The notes below the pieces were generated by a model. It did no database searches. It saw nothing but the letters and a program-made list of their open reading frames with translations, and had not been told where the DNA came from. A stretch of DNA of 64,000 nucleotides from Isurus oxyrinchus (Eukaryota): the NCBI GenBank assembly GCA_026770705.1, contig JANJGN010000026.1, positions 37,386,001 to 37,450,000 of the forward strand. The letters run 5' to 3'. This document shows, piece by piece, positions 50,968 to 62,726 of the stretch (its first letter is position 1; each line of letters begins with the position of its first letter). The position numbers were made by a program, and so were the translations under genes.

Positions 50968-53900
50968 AGTAGAGCTGGCAATGTTGGGCTCTGGATTTTT
51001 AAGTACCCATTCACAGGTCAATGTGTGACAATGAATGGTGATGGGCGGAAAACAACGAAGGCTTTGTCCGTTAATGGTCTCAAACGAAACTGAAAGGCCA
51101 TTGAAGTGAAAGATGAGCTTTGTTCCCAGCAACATAAATACTGATTGACTTGATGAGCTTTTCGAGCATTGTCGGCTTTTGCTGGAGATGCCTGATCTGC
51201 TTTGCAATGCAATTAAGTTATATTCTGGTTTAGGATTCTTTGTTCCGCTGGCACATTGAATAGGGTAATAAAAACAGAAAATGCTGGAAAAATTCACCAG
51301 ATCCGGCAGCATCTGTGGAGAGAAAAACAGAGTTCACATTCTCCCCTGACTTCCAACCGATCAGACCCCTTTTTCAGTTTTTAATGCTTCCTCCTTCCAC
51401 GGTTCAGCTTCTTTAAAACTTCCCACATTTCCAACCTTCCCAGGCTTTCATGAAAGGTCATGGAAGTGAAACATGAGCTTTCTTACCCTGTCCACAGATG
51501 CTGCCTGACAGCCTGAGTTCTTCCAGCGCTTATGGCTTTCGCTGTAGATGAGTGATCGGTTTTGGATGGCAGTGGAGGTATCTTTTGGTTGAAGTGGCTG
51601 ATTGTTAAAGGATCGTTGGTCATGGGGAATGATTCTCGATTTTGGTGTTTCTCTCGCCAAAAATGTGTGAGATCTTGGACGGGCCCTTTGATCTTGTTTC
51701 CTTTTGGCAAAGTCACAAGTTGTGCTTTGTTCATTTGGTTGCGGTGACTACAGTGGGATTGGTTTACATGGGGTTTGGTTTTAAGAACCTGAGTACATGT
51801 TGCAGGGAATCTATCTGCACAACCCAAGTGCAAGAAAATTAAGACACGTTCTTGAAAGGCTTGACCATGTAAATTGACCTTCACTTTCTTCCTATTCGCC
51901 AATTCAGGTGACCCCATGCTGGCGGGTTCAGGCAGCTGGCTGTGTGTCTCCAATTGTAATCCCGTCTGAGACAACAGGAGGACTGACAGACCTGGAATCC
52001 CACAGCTTCCTTCTCATTTGACCAGGGTTTATTTTTATTCTAGGAGTTACGCTCAACAGAGTGTGAATCATTTCACCCACTTAAGCATTCCACTTCATAG
52101 GGAATTAAGGCGCAGGGAAATCAGACAGGACTGAGGCCAATTGCTGGGCAGCAAGTATCTAAGTGCTAGAGTCTTTGCTGAGTGTATGATTGAGTAGAAA
52201 TTTGTGAGGAGAGATAGTGTCTGAGCACAGGTTTGTTTGGATAGGATTGAATGCCCAAGATCAACGTTATCTTCACAGGGACAGACGAACAAGCAGCAGG
52301 AGGAGGCCATCCGGCCCTCGAGCCTGTTCCACCATTTAATAAGATCATTGCTGATATGATAGTAACCTCAAATCTGCATCCCATCTACTCCCCGATAACC
52401 TCTCATTTCCATGCTTAACAAGAATATATCCACCTCTGCCTAAAAAAATATTCACAGAATCTGCCTCCACCACCTTTTCAGGAAGAGAGTTCCCAAGACT
52501 CAGGACCCTCCGAGAGAAAGAAAATCGCCCCATCTCCGTTTAAAATGGGCCATCCCATACTTTTAAAGGGTGGCCCACTTCTTGATTCTGTCACAAGGAC
52601 ATAAATGCCCTCCACATCCAACTAACGAATGAAATAATCCACAGAGTCAAAGTGGACAATTGAAATGACCAATGACTTGGATGTTAACCATGATCTCCCA
52701 CCCCTCGGCCTCCTGCAGTGTTCGAAATAAGCTCAACCTACACTCGAGGAACAGAACCTCATCTTTCAACTGGACTCTTTACAGCCTTCACACTCAGACT
52801 GAGCTCAACAGTTTCATACTGTAAATGCTGCCTCCATTTTGTTTCCTCTACACTGCAGATTTGCGGTTTCTCTCGATTACACTTGTTTTTGTTTTGTTTC
52901 CAGGCGGCAGTTGTCATTGACCACTCTTCCAGCTGCATCTTTTGTGTCTTCCATTGCACTTACAGGAAGCTGGCACAGGCCCGACGGTCCGAATCGTCTC
53001 ATCCTGTGGTGTAATCACTCTATCAGTCTGTGATTACCTTACTCTGAGACCACGCACCCAAACTCTTTTCTCATTGAATCTCTCCAGACTTCCACCCTAT
53101 CAGAGCCCTTTCCCGTGGTTGCGTTTCCTCCCATCTCCATTTCACTTGTTTAAAACTTCCTACATTTTTAACCATTCCCAGTTTCAATGAAAGGATCTGG
53201 AGGTGAAAGGTAAGATCTGTTGCCTTGTCCACAAATGCTGCCTGATGTGATGAGTTTGTCCAGCTTTTTCATATCCTGCCGTAGATGTCTTACAAAACTG
53301 TCCCGATGAGTGCAAGACGAAATACTTCAACATGTCTCTTTTTTCACAAATGCTCAACTTCTGTACTAACAAATGACTATTTGTAAACCTGAGAAATGGA
53401 CAAGGGGCTTTTATGTGAGCAGACGGGAGAAACTGGGTTTGCTCACTTGATATCAAAGAATTTAGAGGAAATACTTAGTTGAGTAGCTCAAAGTGATCGA
53501 TGGGTTGATAGAATGCATCACAAGCAGCCGGTACCACAAGAAGAAAATTGGAAAATCCAATCACCTGGAGTAAGAAAGAAAAACATAGGGAAAGGTTCAC
53601 TTCATTTCTGACCCGGCGATTTGTTAAAATCTGGAATACACTGCCCAAAACGTTGGAGGCAAAGATTAAATCGTAACTTTTAAAAGGAAGGTGTGAAACT
53701 GGAAATGGGGAAAATCCGAATGATGTGGAAATATGGGAGTCGAAAGACGAATGGAATAACTCCTTCAAAGAGCCACTGGCATGATAGGCCGAATGGCCCC
53801 ATTGGGTGGTCTATGATTCCATGACTCAAATAGTATCATGTCCCTGCCACTTTATTTGTCCTCAGTCACTTGAACGGTGAACAGAACAGGATGGTCATCG

Positions 53901-54082
53901 ACTTGTGAAAGTACCGCCATCGCTATTTCAACTCCATAGTTCATAATTGGAACTCTGCTATTTACTATTACTCTGAAGCAGACACTCTATGTTCATTATT
54001 GATAAAAAAATAATCTTCCTGTTCGTTTAGTCTGTATTTAAATAGTCGGTGTGTTTACTCTGATTTTTGAAACATTCTGCAG

Positions 54083-54441
54083 TTACATTTTCGGAACTAG
54101 TGCTGTGGATCAATTGTTTCAGGGCTAGTCTGAATTAACTGCTCTCTAAGGACAGAACACAACACTGGGCTGTAGCTACTTGATAACATAAACTGTCCAA
54201 CTATATTGTGCAACATCCTCCATCCCGGGGAATCTCCGAGATATTTACTGAGCAGATATAGCTCAGGCACGGGAGGTAAGTCTCCAGATTTTCCAGACGG
54301 ATTCTCTGCTAGTTTGCACAAAGGAAATGAAACAGTCCATTTAAATGTCGCTGGTGTCCTTGTCCCTCCGACACCGCCGTTTGTTCGTGTGTCATGGAGC
54401 CCACACGACTGCAGCGATTGAGCGGGCATAGCCCAAAAACT
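54083..54441 (+). pseudogene. TCR alpha/delta-type V pseudogene with degenerate RSS
   Basis: Fragments SAVDQ..*GQNTTLGCSY / LHPGESPRYLLSRYSSGTGGKSPDFPDGFSASLHKGNETVHLNVAGV / SDTAVCSCVMEP, with stops and frameshifts; nonamer-like CCAAAAACT at 54433-41 but a decayed heptamer. Confidence 0.8.
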
Positions 54442-54462
54442 CACACTGACAGTTCCAGTTGG

Positions 54463-54480
54463 TGGCCACCAGCGGGCGCT
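54463..54480 (+). promoter_or_regulatory. CTCF-binding-element candidate
   Basis: TGGCCACCAGCGGGCGCT is a near-consensus CTCF core, preceded by an ACAGTTCC upstream-motif-like element; about 20 nt downstream of a V RSS. Confidence 0.7.
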
Positions 54481-55294
54481 CTCACGCTGCTAATCGGAAG
54501 CGATAATTTAACCACAGATTCGCAGGGACCTTCCGAAAAGGTCATAAAACAAAACACTTAACAAGAACAAACGAGGGGAATTGGGGGTTAAATTAGTTGG
54601 GTTCAGCTCGCATTTATACTAAAAATGATCAGCATAAGTTTATTTGCGGAGCATGAACATATTTTTGTCCTTTGTTCCCTTTTTGTCCCTGCCCGTGATA
54701 TTGAGCAGTTCTGTCCCCATCTCCCCTGTAACCTTCCTACAGCCTGTGACCTCGATCTAGTCAGAGTGTGCTACTGGGTCAGGGACAGTTCATGAACAGT
54801 GGACAGATGTTCGTAAGCCCAAAACGCAGAGTCCTCCATTGTCCCCTGCTTTAGGATGTCTCCTTAACGTTGGAATATGTTCTCTCTCCATCAACAACCC
54901 TGAGCTCGCTGGTGATAATTAACAAACAAGGATTTAATTCCCTACCCACGTCTGGCCTCTAAAAGAGCAATACTGTACCCTATCAATACTGTATCTCAGT
55001 TCGGGGTGTTTCCATTCACTAACACCCAGCTCAGCGCCGCCACTGGGAAATGAACCGGGGATCTTCCTGAGACAGAGCAACAGATTTTTGAGGATTAGAA
55101 TTGGTGTCAACAAACATGATACTGTGCTGAATCTGTCCAATTGGATTCTGCAGCTTGTTTTGTCGGCGGCTCCTGGAAACAGTTTTGTGACGGTTTGAAT
55201 CGAGGTTAATTTGGTTTCCGCTCGCTTTGTGTTTGAGAGTTTGACAGCGCCGCTGAACATTATGGTTGCATCTGCCCGAGGTTCGATACTTGCT

Positions 55295-55400
55295 TGGCCT
55301 AAATCCAAGTGGTTATGGTACTGGGTTTGTAACCCCAAGATCAAGAGTTCAAACCTCACAATGGCAAACTATGAAACAATGTAACTTCATCTGAAACAGA
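55295..55400 (+). mobile_element. tRNA-like SINE head just downstream of the intact V RSS
   Basis: A-box-like AGTGGTTATGG, stem-loop GGG-TTTGTAA-CCC, B-box-like GAGTTCAAACC. Confidence 0.4.
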
Positions 55401-55510
55401 TGGAAACGGGTTTGTATTCGAAAGAGTTACAAGCCCCAACCGGCAGGAGCTCCAATCCACAATCTAGCGACAGTTTTTGTACAGGGGTCATACTGCTTTC
55501 CATCACTGTG

Positions 55511-55817
55511 AGCCTGAGAGCGCAGTAATACACGGCAGCGTCAGTCAGCCGCAGACCCGAGATGGTTAAACTGGTGAATTTATTCGAGGTCTGGAGCTCT
55601 ACAGAGAAACGGCTTTTGGCGTAATCTGCTTTATCTTCATAATCGTCTGAATCCTTCCTCAATATAAACTCGGGCTGCGAGTCTGGGTGTTGTCGGTACC
55701 AGTATAAATAATTGCTGCTCATTGTAGTATCATAGGTGCAGCTTAAAGTCACCGCTTCTCCTTCTGTCTTAACATCTGAGGACAGCGGCTGAGTGACAGA
55801 ATCTCCGTGACTCAGTT
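55511..55817 (-). CDS. TRAV/TRDV: Intact TCR alpha/delta V exon
   Basis: ELSHGDSVTQPLSSDVKTEGEAVTLSCTYDTTMSSNYLYWYRQHPDSQPEFILRKDSDDYEDKADYAKSRFSVELQTSNKFTSLTISGLRLTDAAVYYCALR, no stops; followed by CACAGTG(55510-04), 23 nt, ACAAAAACT(55480-72). Confidence 0.95.
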
Positions 55818-55924
55818 CTGAAAAACATTTTCAAACAATGAAAGGTCAGACCAGCGGCTGTTTAAGATTCAAAACGTGTGTGAGAAGTTCGAGATAAGAC
55901 GAAATGAGTGTAATCCACAATTAC

Positions 55925-55970
55925 CTGTCAGAAATGCTCCCCACACAACCCAGATGCTGAGGAGCCGCAT
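55925..55970 (-). CDS. TRAV/TRDV: TCR V leader exon (MRLLSIWVVWGAFLT + G)
   Basis: ATG at 55970, 46 nt, donor GTAA at 55924; 107-nt intron to acceptor TTTTTCAG; in frame with the V exon. Confidence 0.9.
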
Positions 55971-57182
55971 TGTCACTGTTCGCTCTGCAAAAGGGAAATT
56001 GGATATTTGAAGCCACCCGTTCTAAACCCCACCCTGAATAATCTGCTGTCGTGTCTCCGGATGTTGTCACCTCACTTCCTTCTGTCCTCAGTGCTGGTGT
56101 GAGAGCGACAGGTGGTGAGCTGCCTGTAAATGAACGGACACATCCCGAGCTGGACGGCAATCATTGTCTTGATAGGGGGAATGGCTCAGCTTTCGAGACC
56201 GGGGTGGGGAAAGAAAAACCGTGGGTGTTTTTTGTAACCGGGAAACAGAAAATTGGTCTGGCTGTCAGGAGAGTGGGAACAGTGACTCCAGTGAGATTTC
56301 TATCCAGCGTCAGTTAACTATAGAGCTAAGAGTGATTCTGTATTTTGTCTCAGTGATTTATCGATCCGTGATATTAGAACGAGATATTTGTTGGTATTGA
56401 ACAAACAGTTCAACTAACCTAGAGAAACAACTCTGCCTCTAATTTAAACAATGTTTCGAAAGCCGACCCGTCTGAGGTTTGCATTTAAAACATCTGTTTA
56501 TAACTATGTGGTTAGTTCTGTCCTTCTTTGTGACAGTCTGGATATATTGAAACACCTATAATCTTTGGACCTTGGATTTACGAAGAGACAGAAAGGAGAT
56601 TGTGCCACATCGATTCTCTGTAGCTGTTCACACTCCTCTGCTTAATGGACTGCGGGTAGCGGGATCAACGCCCCCAGGATGAAGTGCAGGGATAATGTAC
56701 ACTGACAAGAGCTTAAGGCCAGCAGTGCAAGAAATACTGGCCTTATAAATCTCATTCAAATTAGAGAAAGATATGGTGCAGAACAAGAAACAATATAAGG
56801 AGGCTTTGCATTGTCCTTGGCTTCTTGGTAATCCATATCCAGCCTCCGTACGGTAAATGGTTTCAGTAATCAGATCTCAGGGTGCATATTTCCTCCACAG
56901 TTTAGTTTCCCTTTCCCAAACTCCCAAACCTTTCACTCACTCTCCTTGTCCAGTGATTAGTATCAGAATTTACTCTTCCAATATGACTTTGAAGATCATT
57001 CAGGAAGAGCGGCAGTGGAGATAGAAACAGAAAGAGATATTGCTGAGAGCACGTTGCACATTGAAAAGTAAAGTAGAGAAGAAACATGTTCCTTTAGGTG
57101 GAAAGAAGAGAATCTACATTAATAATATCGTTCTCTGAATTAATAAATAATCTGTTTAGATTTCTCCCCCACACTCTCGTAG

Positions 57183-57309
57183 ATTCCCCAGACCACACCT
57201 GGATTAAAGCAATGAGGAAGAGGCCGGCAACATATGGACAACCGCTTCTAAATTCATCATCCCGTTCCTCTTCATCATTTCCCACAGCGCTGCCGTCACT
57301 CTGGTGAAA
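57183..57309 (+). pseudogene. Orphan IgH transmembrane (TM1) exon relic
   Basis: Acceptor CTCTCGTAG (57182). Acidic spacer NEEEAGNI then WTTASKFIIPFLFIISHSAAVTLVK, ending at phase-0 donor GTGAG (57310): the IgH membrane-anchor pattern WTTASTFI.LF.LS.FYS..VTL.K/VK. 5' frameshift/stop and TM-disrupting substitutions (T>K, L>P, Y>H). Confidence 0.85.
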
Positions 57310-59129
57310 GTGAGAAGGTCAATCCACTCACATTTCAGGCTGGCTGAAGCGGTTGGAAAAATCCCCAAACGTTTCGAGGACAGTAACCCCGAGATAAATT
57401 GCCCAGGCCATAAACTTTGCTTCATCCCTTTATCATATGGCCCGTTGAGTGGCCAACGCCATGCATTTTCCACATCCGTTTATCAAGATCACTATGGTAT
57501 GAAAATGAAAATGAAATATGTCCTCTTGACGATCCCCCAAGTGAAATCTCCTCAGTTAACAGAGGAAAACAATAAACGCATTTTGGTCTTTCTGTTTGAG
57601 GTCTGTGAGATGGTTGTGGCTGTAATAGAAATGTATCTTAGATTTTCATCGTTGGTCGAATATTCCAGATGTCCACGAGTAAAGTGTCCCTTGTTTTATT
57701 CTCAATTGTCCCCTTCTCTTTATGTTGCACTTCGTTTTTCTCTGTTCCCGTGTGCTTATTTTCTCAAGGTGATGCCCAGTTGCCATAAACACTTTCTGTC
57801 AATTATTAGAAAAATACTGTAAAATATTCTCTGTGAAATTGTTAACAAATGTTGAATGACGATGGACTAATTTGGACTTTGATCAATTATTTTCTCCAAG
57901 GTTCCTCCACACCGCTGCAATACAATGTTCTCCCCCCGCCACACCCCCCCCCCCCCACCCCCATTCCCTGACAGGATTTCTTCGGCACTCTTGGCTGGTT
58001 TGAGTTTAAACTCTAAAAACCCTCGGTGAAGGACCCTTCACGTCATCCATCGTCACATCAGACTAAAGAGACCTTTATCTTTGCTCCTTTCTGCCAAACC
58101 CCAGGGCAGAATGAGCGCACAGCGACTAGGGAATCCTGGCGAGTCTCTCTCATATTATGGGCTGTTACTGTCTCATGTCAGGTTCTATGAAAGAGTTGAG
58201 CTCTGCTCTACCACGGCCTGAACAGTACAGAACATGAAAGAATAAACCTCCATCTGCATTACTGTTTGTTAATTTTTGCCTTTGTTTCCTATTGTTTCCC
58301 CCAGCGTCATTCCCATTTTCCTGATTAAAATTTCCAGGTTTCACCAATTCTCATGTTTCCTGGTGTCACTGAGGAGCCAGTCGAGACTATCTGCGCATCC
58401 CAGAACTTCAGTCAGTTTTAGTCTCTCTTGTCCATTTGTATTACACAGAGCAGTGATGATCCCTTCACCGCAGTTAACTATACCAAGGGGCAGAAGGGAG
58501 AACAATAATTATCAACATCATTTTCTGTGCATTTATATTTATCAACACATATCCACATCAATATCATTCTGCTGTTCTCTCTTTGTACCACTAACTGTCC
58601 TCACCTCTGTACATTGAATCTCTCTCTGTTGATGTGTCTCTGCCACTCAATGTTTTCAATCCCACCTTCACCTATGCCCCCCTGTTAGTGCTTCTCTCCA
58701 TAGGCACCATACTGAGCCTCACTTTTCTCAAACTCTCTCTGCGTCACCCATCGTTCTTAGCCTCAACTTTATATTCTGCATTGTGCAGGTGTCTCAAAGC
58801 ATGCAGACAGACACAAAGCTAATCTATAGACCAGTTACCTATTCGCCTGTCACAGCTCAATTTTTCAAATCTTTCACGAGTCAGAGCAGACGGCACTCAA
58901 ATTATTCACCATGGGGGCCTCAATCACTGATCTTCACAGGTAAATCTCTCAGGTATTGAACCATTGAGGCCAGACAGGCACTGAGCCTATGTATGATGGT
59001 GATGATGGAGGCGGCGGCGGAAGGAGGGAGTTTCACTCACCATCACCGGAATATTGTTCAGGTTTTCAACATTCGGTATAAAGTGTAGGGCTGACCCACT
59101 GTGGCGCAGGCGTGGTGTGGGATGAGTCT

Positions 59130-59720
59130 CGTGGACGTCGGTGTGCGTCAAGCTTCTTGAGTGTTGTGGGAACTGGACTCATCCAACAAGTGGAGAATAT
59201 TTAATCAAGCCCCTGACTTGTGTCTTGTGGATGGTGGACAGGCTTGGGGAGTCAGGTGGTGAGTTATTCGCCACATGATTCCTAGCCTCTAACCTGATCT
59301 TTTTGCCACGATATTTATATGCCTAGGTCAGTTCAGTTTATGTTCAATGATAACTCCCAAGGTGGCGATAGTTGGGGATTCATTGATGATAATGCCATCG
59401 AATGTCAAGGGGCGATTGTTAGATTCTCTCTCGTTGGAGATTGTCATTGCCGGCACTTGTGTGGCGTGAATATTATCTGCCACTTGTCAGCCCAAGCCTG
59501 GATTTTGTCCAGGTCTTGCTGCATTTGGACATCAACTGCTTCAATATCTGTTAAGTTATGAATGGTGCAGAACATTGTGCAATCATCAGCAAAATATCCC
59601 CACTCCTGACTTTATGATGGAAGGAATATCATTGATGAAGCAGCTGAAGATTGCTGGGCCTTGTTCACTACCCTGAGGAACGCCTGCAGTGATGTCCTGG
59701 AGCTCAGATGATTGACCCTG
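59130..59720 (-). mobile_element. LINE RT fragment (L2/CR1 superclade)
   Basis: ITAGVPQGSEQGPAIFSCFINDIPS motif. Confidence 0.8.
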
Positions 59721-60972
59721 AACAACAACACCCATTTCAGTGATGGTGATTGGTGGAGAAATATTGTCCAGGACAATTCCCCATCTCTCCTTAAAAATAG
59801 TACTCATGTGATCCATCATGTCCACCTGAAAGGGTAGGCGGTGTCCTTCATTTAACATCTCATCCGAAATCCGGCCCCTCTGATGGTATACCATTCCCTG
59901 AGGACTGAACTGAACTATCGTTATCTATCCTGGGGGTCAAGTCTCCAGAGAGTGATGGAATCCTGAAACGCCTTATTCAGATAAGATAGGGAGAATAACT
60001 GAGCCTCGGTTGAGGAGCAGTGTATGCAGAATGGCCTTTATGTTGTCATGCATGTGCACCTTTCTGAAAATGAATACATAGTTTACATATGCCCGTTCAG
60101 GTAAATAAGGACAAATCTTTCATACGGGGCGCAGTGGCCTCTCGACGCCTCGATCACTGGCCCTCCCTGAACAGGAAGCCAGTTTCCATCAAGGGCTCAT
60201 CAGTAAATTCCCAGATTGTTGTTTCCGATAGATTACAGGTGTCCCGTTGAGTGGACAGAATCTGTGAACGGACTGGAGACAGAATCCTCGTAATCCCAGG
60301 GCATAGTGACCCCTGAACAACACAAGCCAGGAAAAAGGATTGAAATAAAGAGAAGGAAATTTACAAAATAAACCTTAATGGTCCCCCTGGAAACGGGGGA
60401 CCATTAAATTTTACCCCGGAATTAAATATCACTCGGTAATCGTCTTTTACAGACTCGGGATGTCAGTCAGCACTTTCCTGGAAGTTTAGTTCCAGTGTAG
60501 TCGCTGTTGTGATGTTAGAAATATTATCTACACAGAGGGCAGTGGGAATGTTTAATTCTCTGCCTGATTGTCGCTCTGGCCCTTGTACTGGAGTGAATGG
60601 ATTTGAGTGTCCAGGTATTTTCTGGATACTTTGAAGTTGTGGCCAATAGTAACCAAAATATTCGATCAGGAAAAGATAGACTCATCTCTCTCGGTCTCTA
60701 TCTCGGCCTCGGTCTCGGTCTCGGTCTCTGTCACTCTGTCTCGCGTTCTCTCTCATTGTGATAAACTTTTACTTCGGGCGATTAAATACAATGATTCATA
60801 GGGCTCTATTTCTATGTCTCTTGTATAATTAATCTATTAATTCTTGACCTATATACACTATTTTTACAGTGACGTTCCATGGCGCCAACATAGTTCCTGT
60901 AATCCCCAGCTGTCACCTGTCAGAGCAATGAACTGACGATTTGGTGCGTTTCTCCAAAGTTTTAGGTCCTGG

Positions 60973-60988
60973 AGCTCCATCTAGTGGA
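60973..60988 (-). promoter_or_regulatory. CTCF-binding-element candidate (reverse)
   Basis: Minus strand TCCACTAGATGGAGCT, one mismatch to CCACTAGATGGCGCT. Confidence 0.45.
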
Positions 60989-61050
60989 GTCTGATCTGTA
61001 AAACAACGACTCTCAATTTATTCTCGAAAATTGCTTCCGGATATTGACTA

Positions 61051-61889
61051 AACACTCCTTTCAAGTGAAGCAGCATTTCACTTGCATTTCCCCCAACTTA
61101 GTCTACTGCATTCGTTGCTCCCAATGTGGTCTCCTCTACATTGGAGAGACCAAACGTAAACTGGGCGACCGCTTTGCAGAACACCTGCGGTCTGTCCGCA
61201 AGAATGACCCAAACCTCCCTGTCGCTTGCCATTTTAACACTCCACCCTGCTCTCTTGCCCACATGTCTGTCCTTGGCTTACTGCATTGTTCCAGTGAAGC
61301 CCAACGCAAACTGGAGGAACAACACCTCATCTTCCGACTAGGCACCTTACAGCCTTCCGGTCTGAATATTGAATTCAATAACTTTAGGTCGTGAGCTCCC
61401 TCCCCCATCCCCACCCCCTTTCTGTTTCCCCCTTTTTTTCCCCTTTTTTTCCCTATAAATTTTATAGATTTTTCTTTTCCCACCTATTTCCATTATTTTT
61501 AAATATTTTAAAATCTTTTATGCTCCCCCCACCCCCACTAGAGCTGTACCTTGAGTGCCCTACCATCCATTCTTAATTAGCACATTCGTTTAGATAATAT
61601 CACCAACTTTAACTTTAACACCTATGTGTTCTTTTGTACCATTGTCACTGACATCTTTTGATGATCTGCTTCTATCACTGCTTGTTTGTCTACACAAGCA
61701 CCTCTGTCTCTCTCTCTCTCCCCCCCCACCCCCCCACACACACACCTTAAACCAGCTTATATTTCAACTCTTTCTTGGACTCGAAATCAAGTTCTGTCGA
61801 AGGGTCATGAGGACTCGAAACGTCAACTCTTTTCTTCTCCGCCGATGCTGCCAGACCTGCTGAGTTTTTCCAGGTAATTCTGTTTTTGT
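61051..61889 (+). mobile_element. Penelope-like element, 5'-truncated, with an open GIY-YIG C-terminal frame
   Basis: KHSFQVKQHFTCISPNLVYCIRCSQCGLLYIGETKRKLGDRFAEHLRSV..EEQHLIFRLGTLQPSGLNIEFNNFRS* (ends 61394); flanked by TATTGACTA at 61042-50 and 61890-98. Confidence 0.92.
61790..61828 (+). ncRNA. Minimal type-I hammerhead-like motif in Penelope 3' end
   Basis: AGTT-CTGTCGA-A-GGGTC(ATGAG)GACTC-GAAA-CGTC-AACT: stems I and II pair, palindromic ACGT stem III; core position 6 is U rather than A. Confidence 0.55.
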
Positions 61890-62726
61890 TATTGACTATA
61901 CTGCCACTTTATTGTGGATTTTATGGCTTTGGTTTTATTATCACTGTAACTTTTCTCTTTCCATTCTTTTGTTTCTGCTACTTTTACTATTTAATATTCA
62001 GCCCTAGATTATTTGTCTCTGTTTTCTGACGCCTACGTCACTAAGACAGAACGTGTTCATTTGCAGAAATCGATGAATTTCTTGTTCATAAATTCTTTAA
62101 CCCGCAACCGATGAGGTGATGATTGTTCATTTCGGAAGAATGTAAGGCTTGCGAACACCCTAATCATCAAAGAAGTATGTCAACTAAATTTCAGAATGCC
62201 AAGTATATGCGAACATAGGAAATGGGAGCAGAAGGAGGCCTATCGGCCCTTCGAGCCTGCTCCGCCATTCAATAAGATTGTGGCTGATCTGATTGTAACC
62301 TCCCACCTACTCCCGGTTACCTTTCACTCCCTTGTTTATCAAACATCGATCTACCTCTGCCTTGAAAACATTCAAAGACTCTGCTTCCCCTGCCCTTTGA
62401 GGAAGGGAGTTCCAAGGGCTCACTACTTTCTGAGTGAAAAAAAAATTCTCATCTCTGTCTTAAGTGGGAGACCCTTTATTTTTAAACAGTGACCCTTAGT
62501 TCTAGAATCTCCCACAAGAGGAAAGATCCTTTCCACGTGTGATTTTTATTTGTACAGAGGGTTAATATGTATGTTATATTGTCATGTTATTATAAATAAT
62601 AAAAATAATTTCATTCCATTAAATTACTTGGATGATGAACTGCTTTTTTTGCAGGAGTGACTTGTATCACTCTTCTTGCGTCTAAAACACATGCTCTGAT
62701 TGTCTCCCGAGTCCCCATGTCGAGTG

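Noticed and set aside
58340-58460. YLRIPELQ..LYY after an acceptor-like site
   Set aside because: Wrong spacing, no Cys and no RSS.
60868-61910. Possible plus-strand V relic split by the Penelope insertion (VTFHG.. / KLLPD..TAT.YC)
   Set aside because: Reconstructed length is only ~190 nt, needs several indels, and has no WYxQ or RSS.
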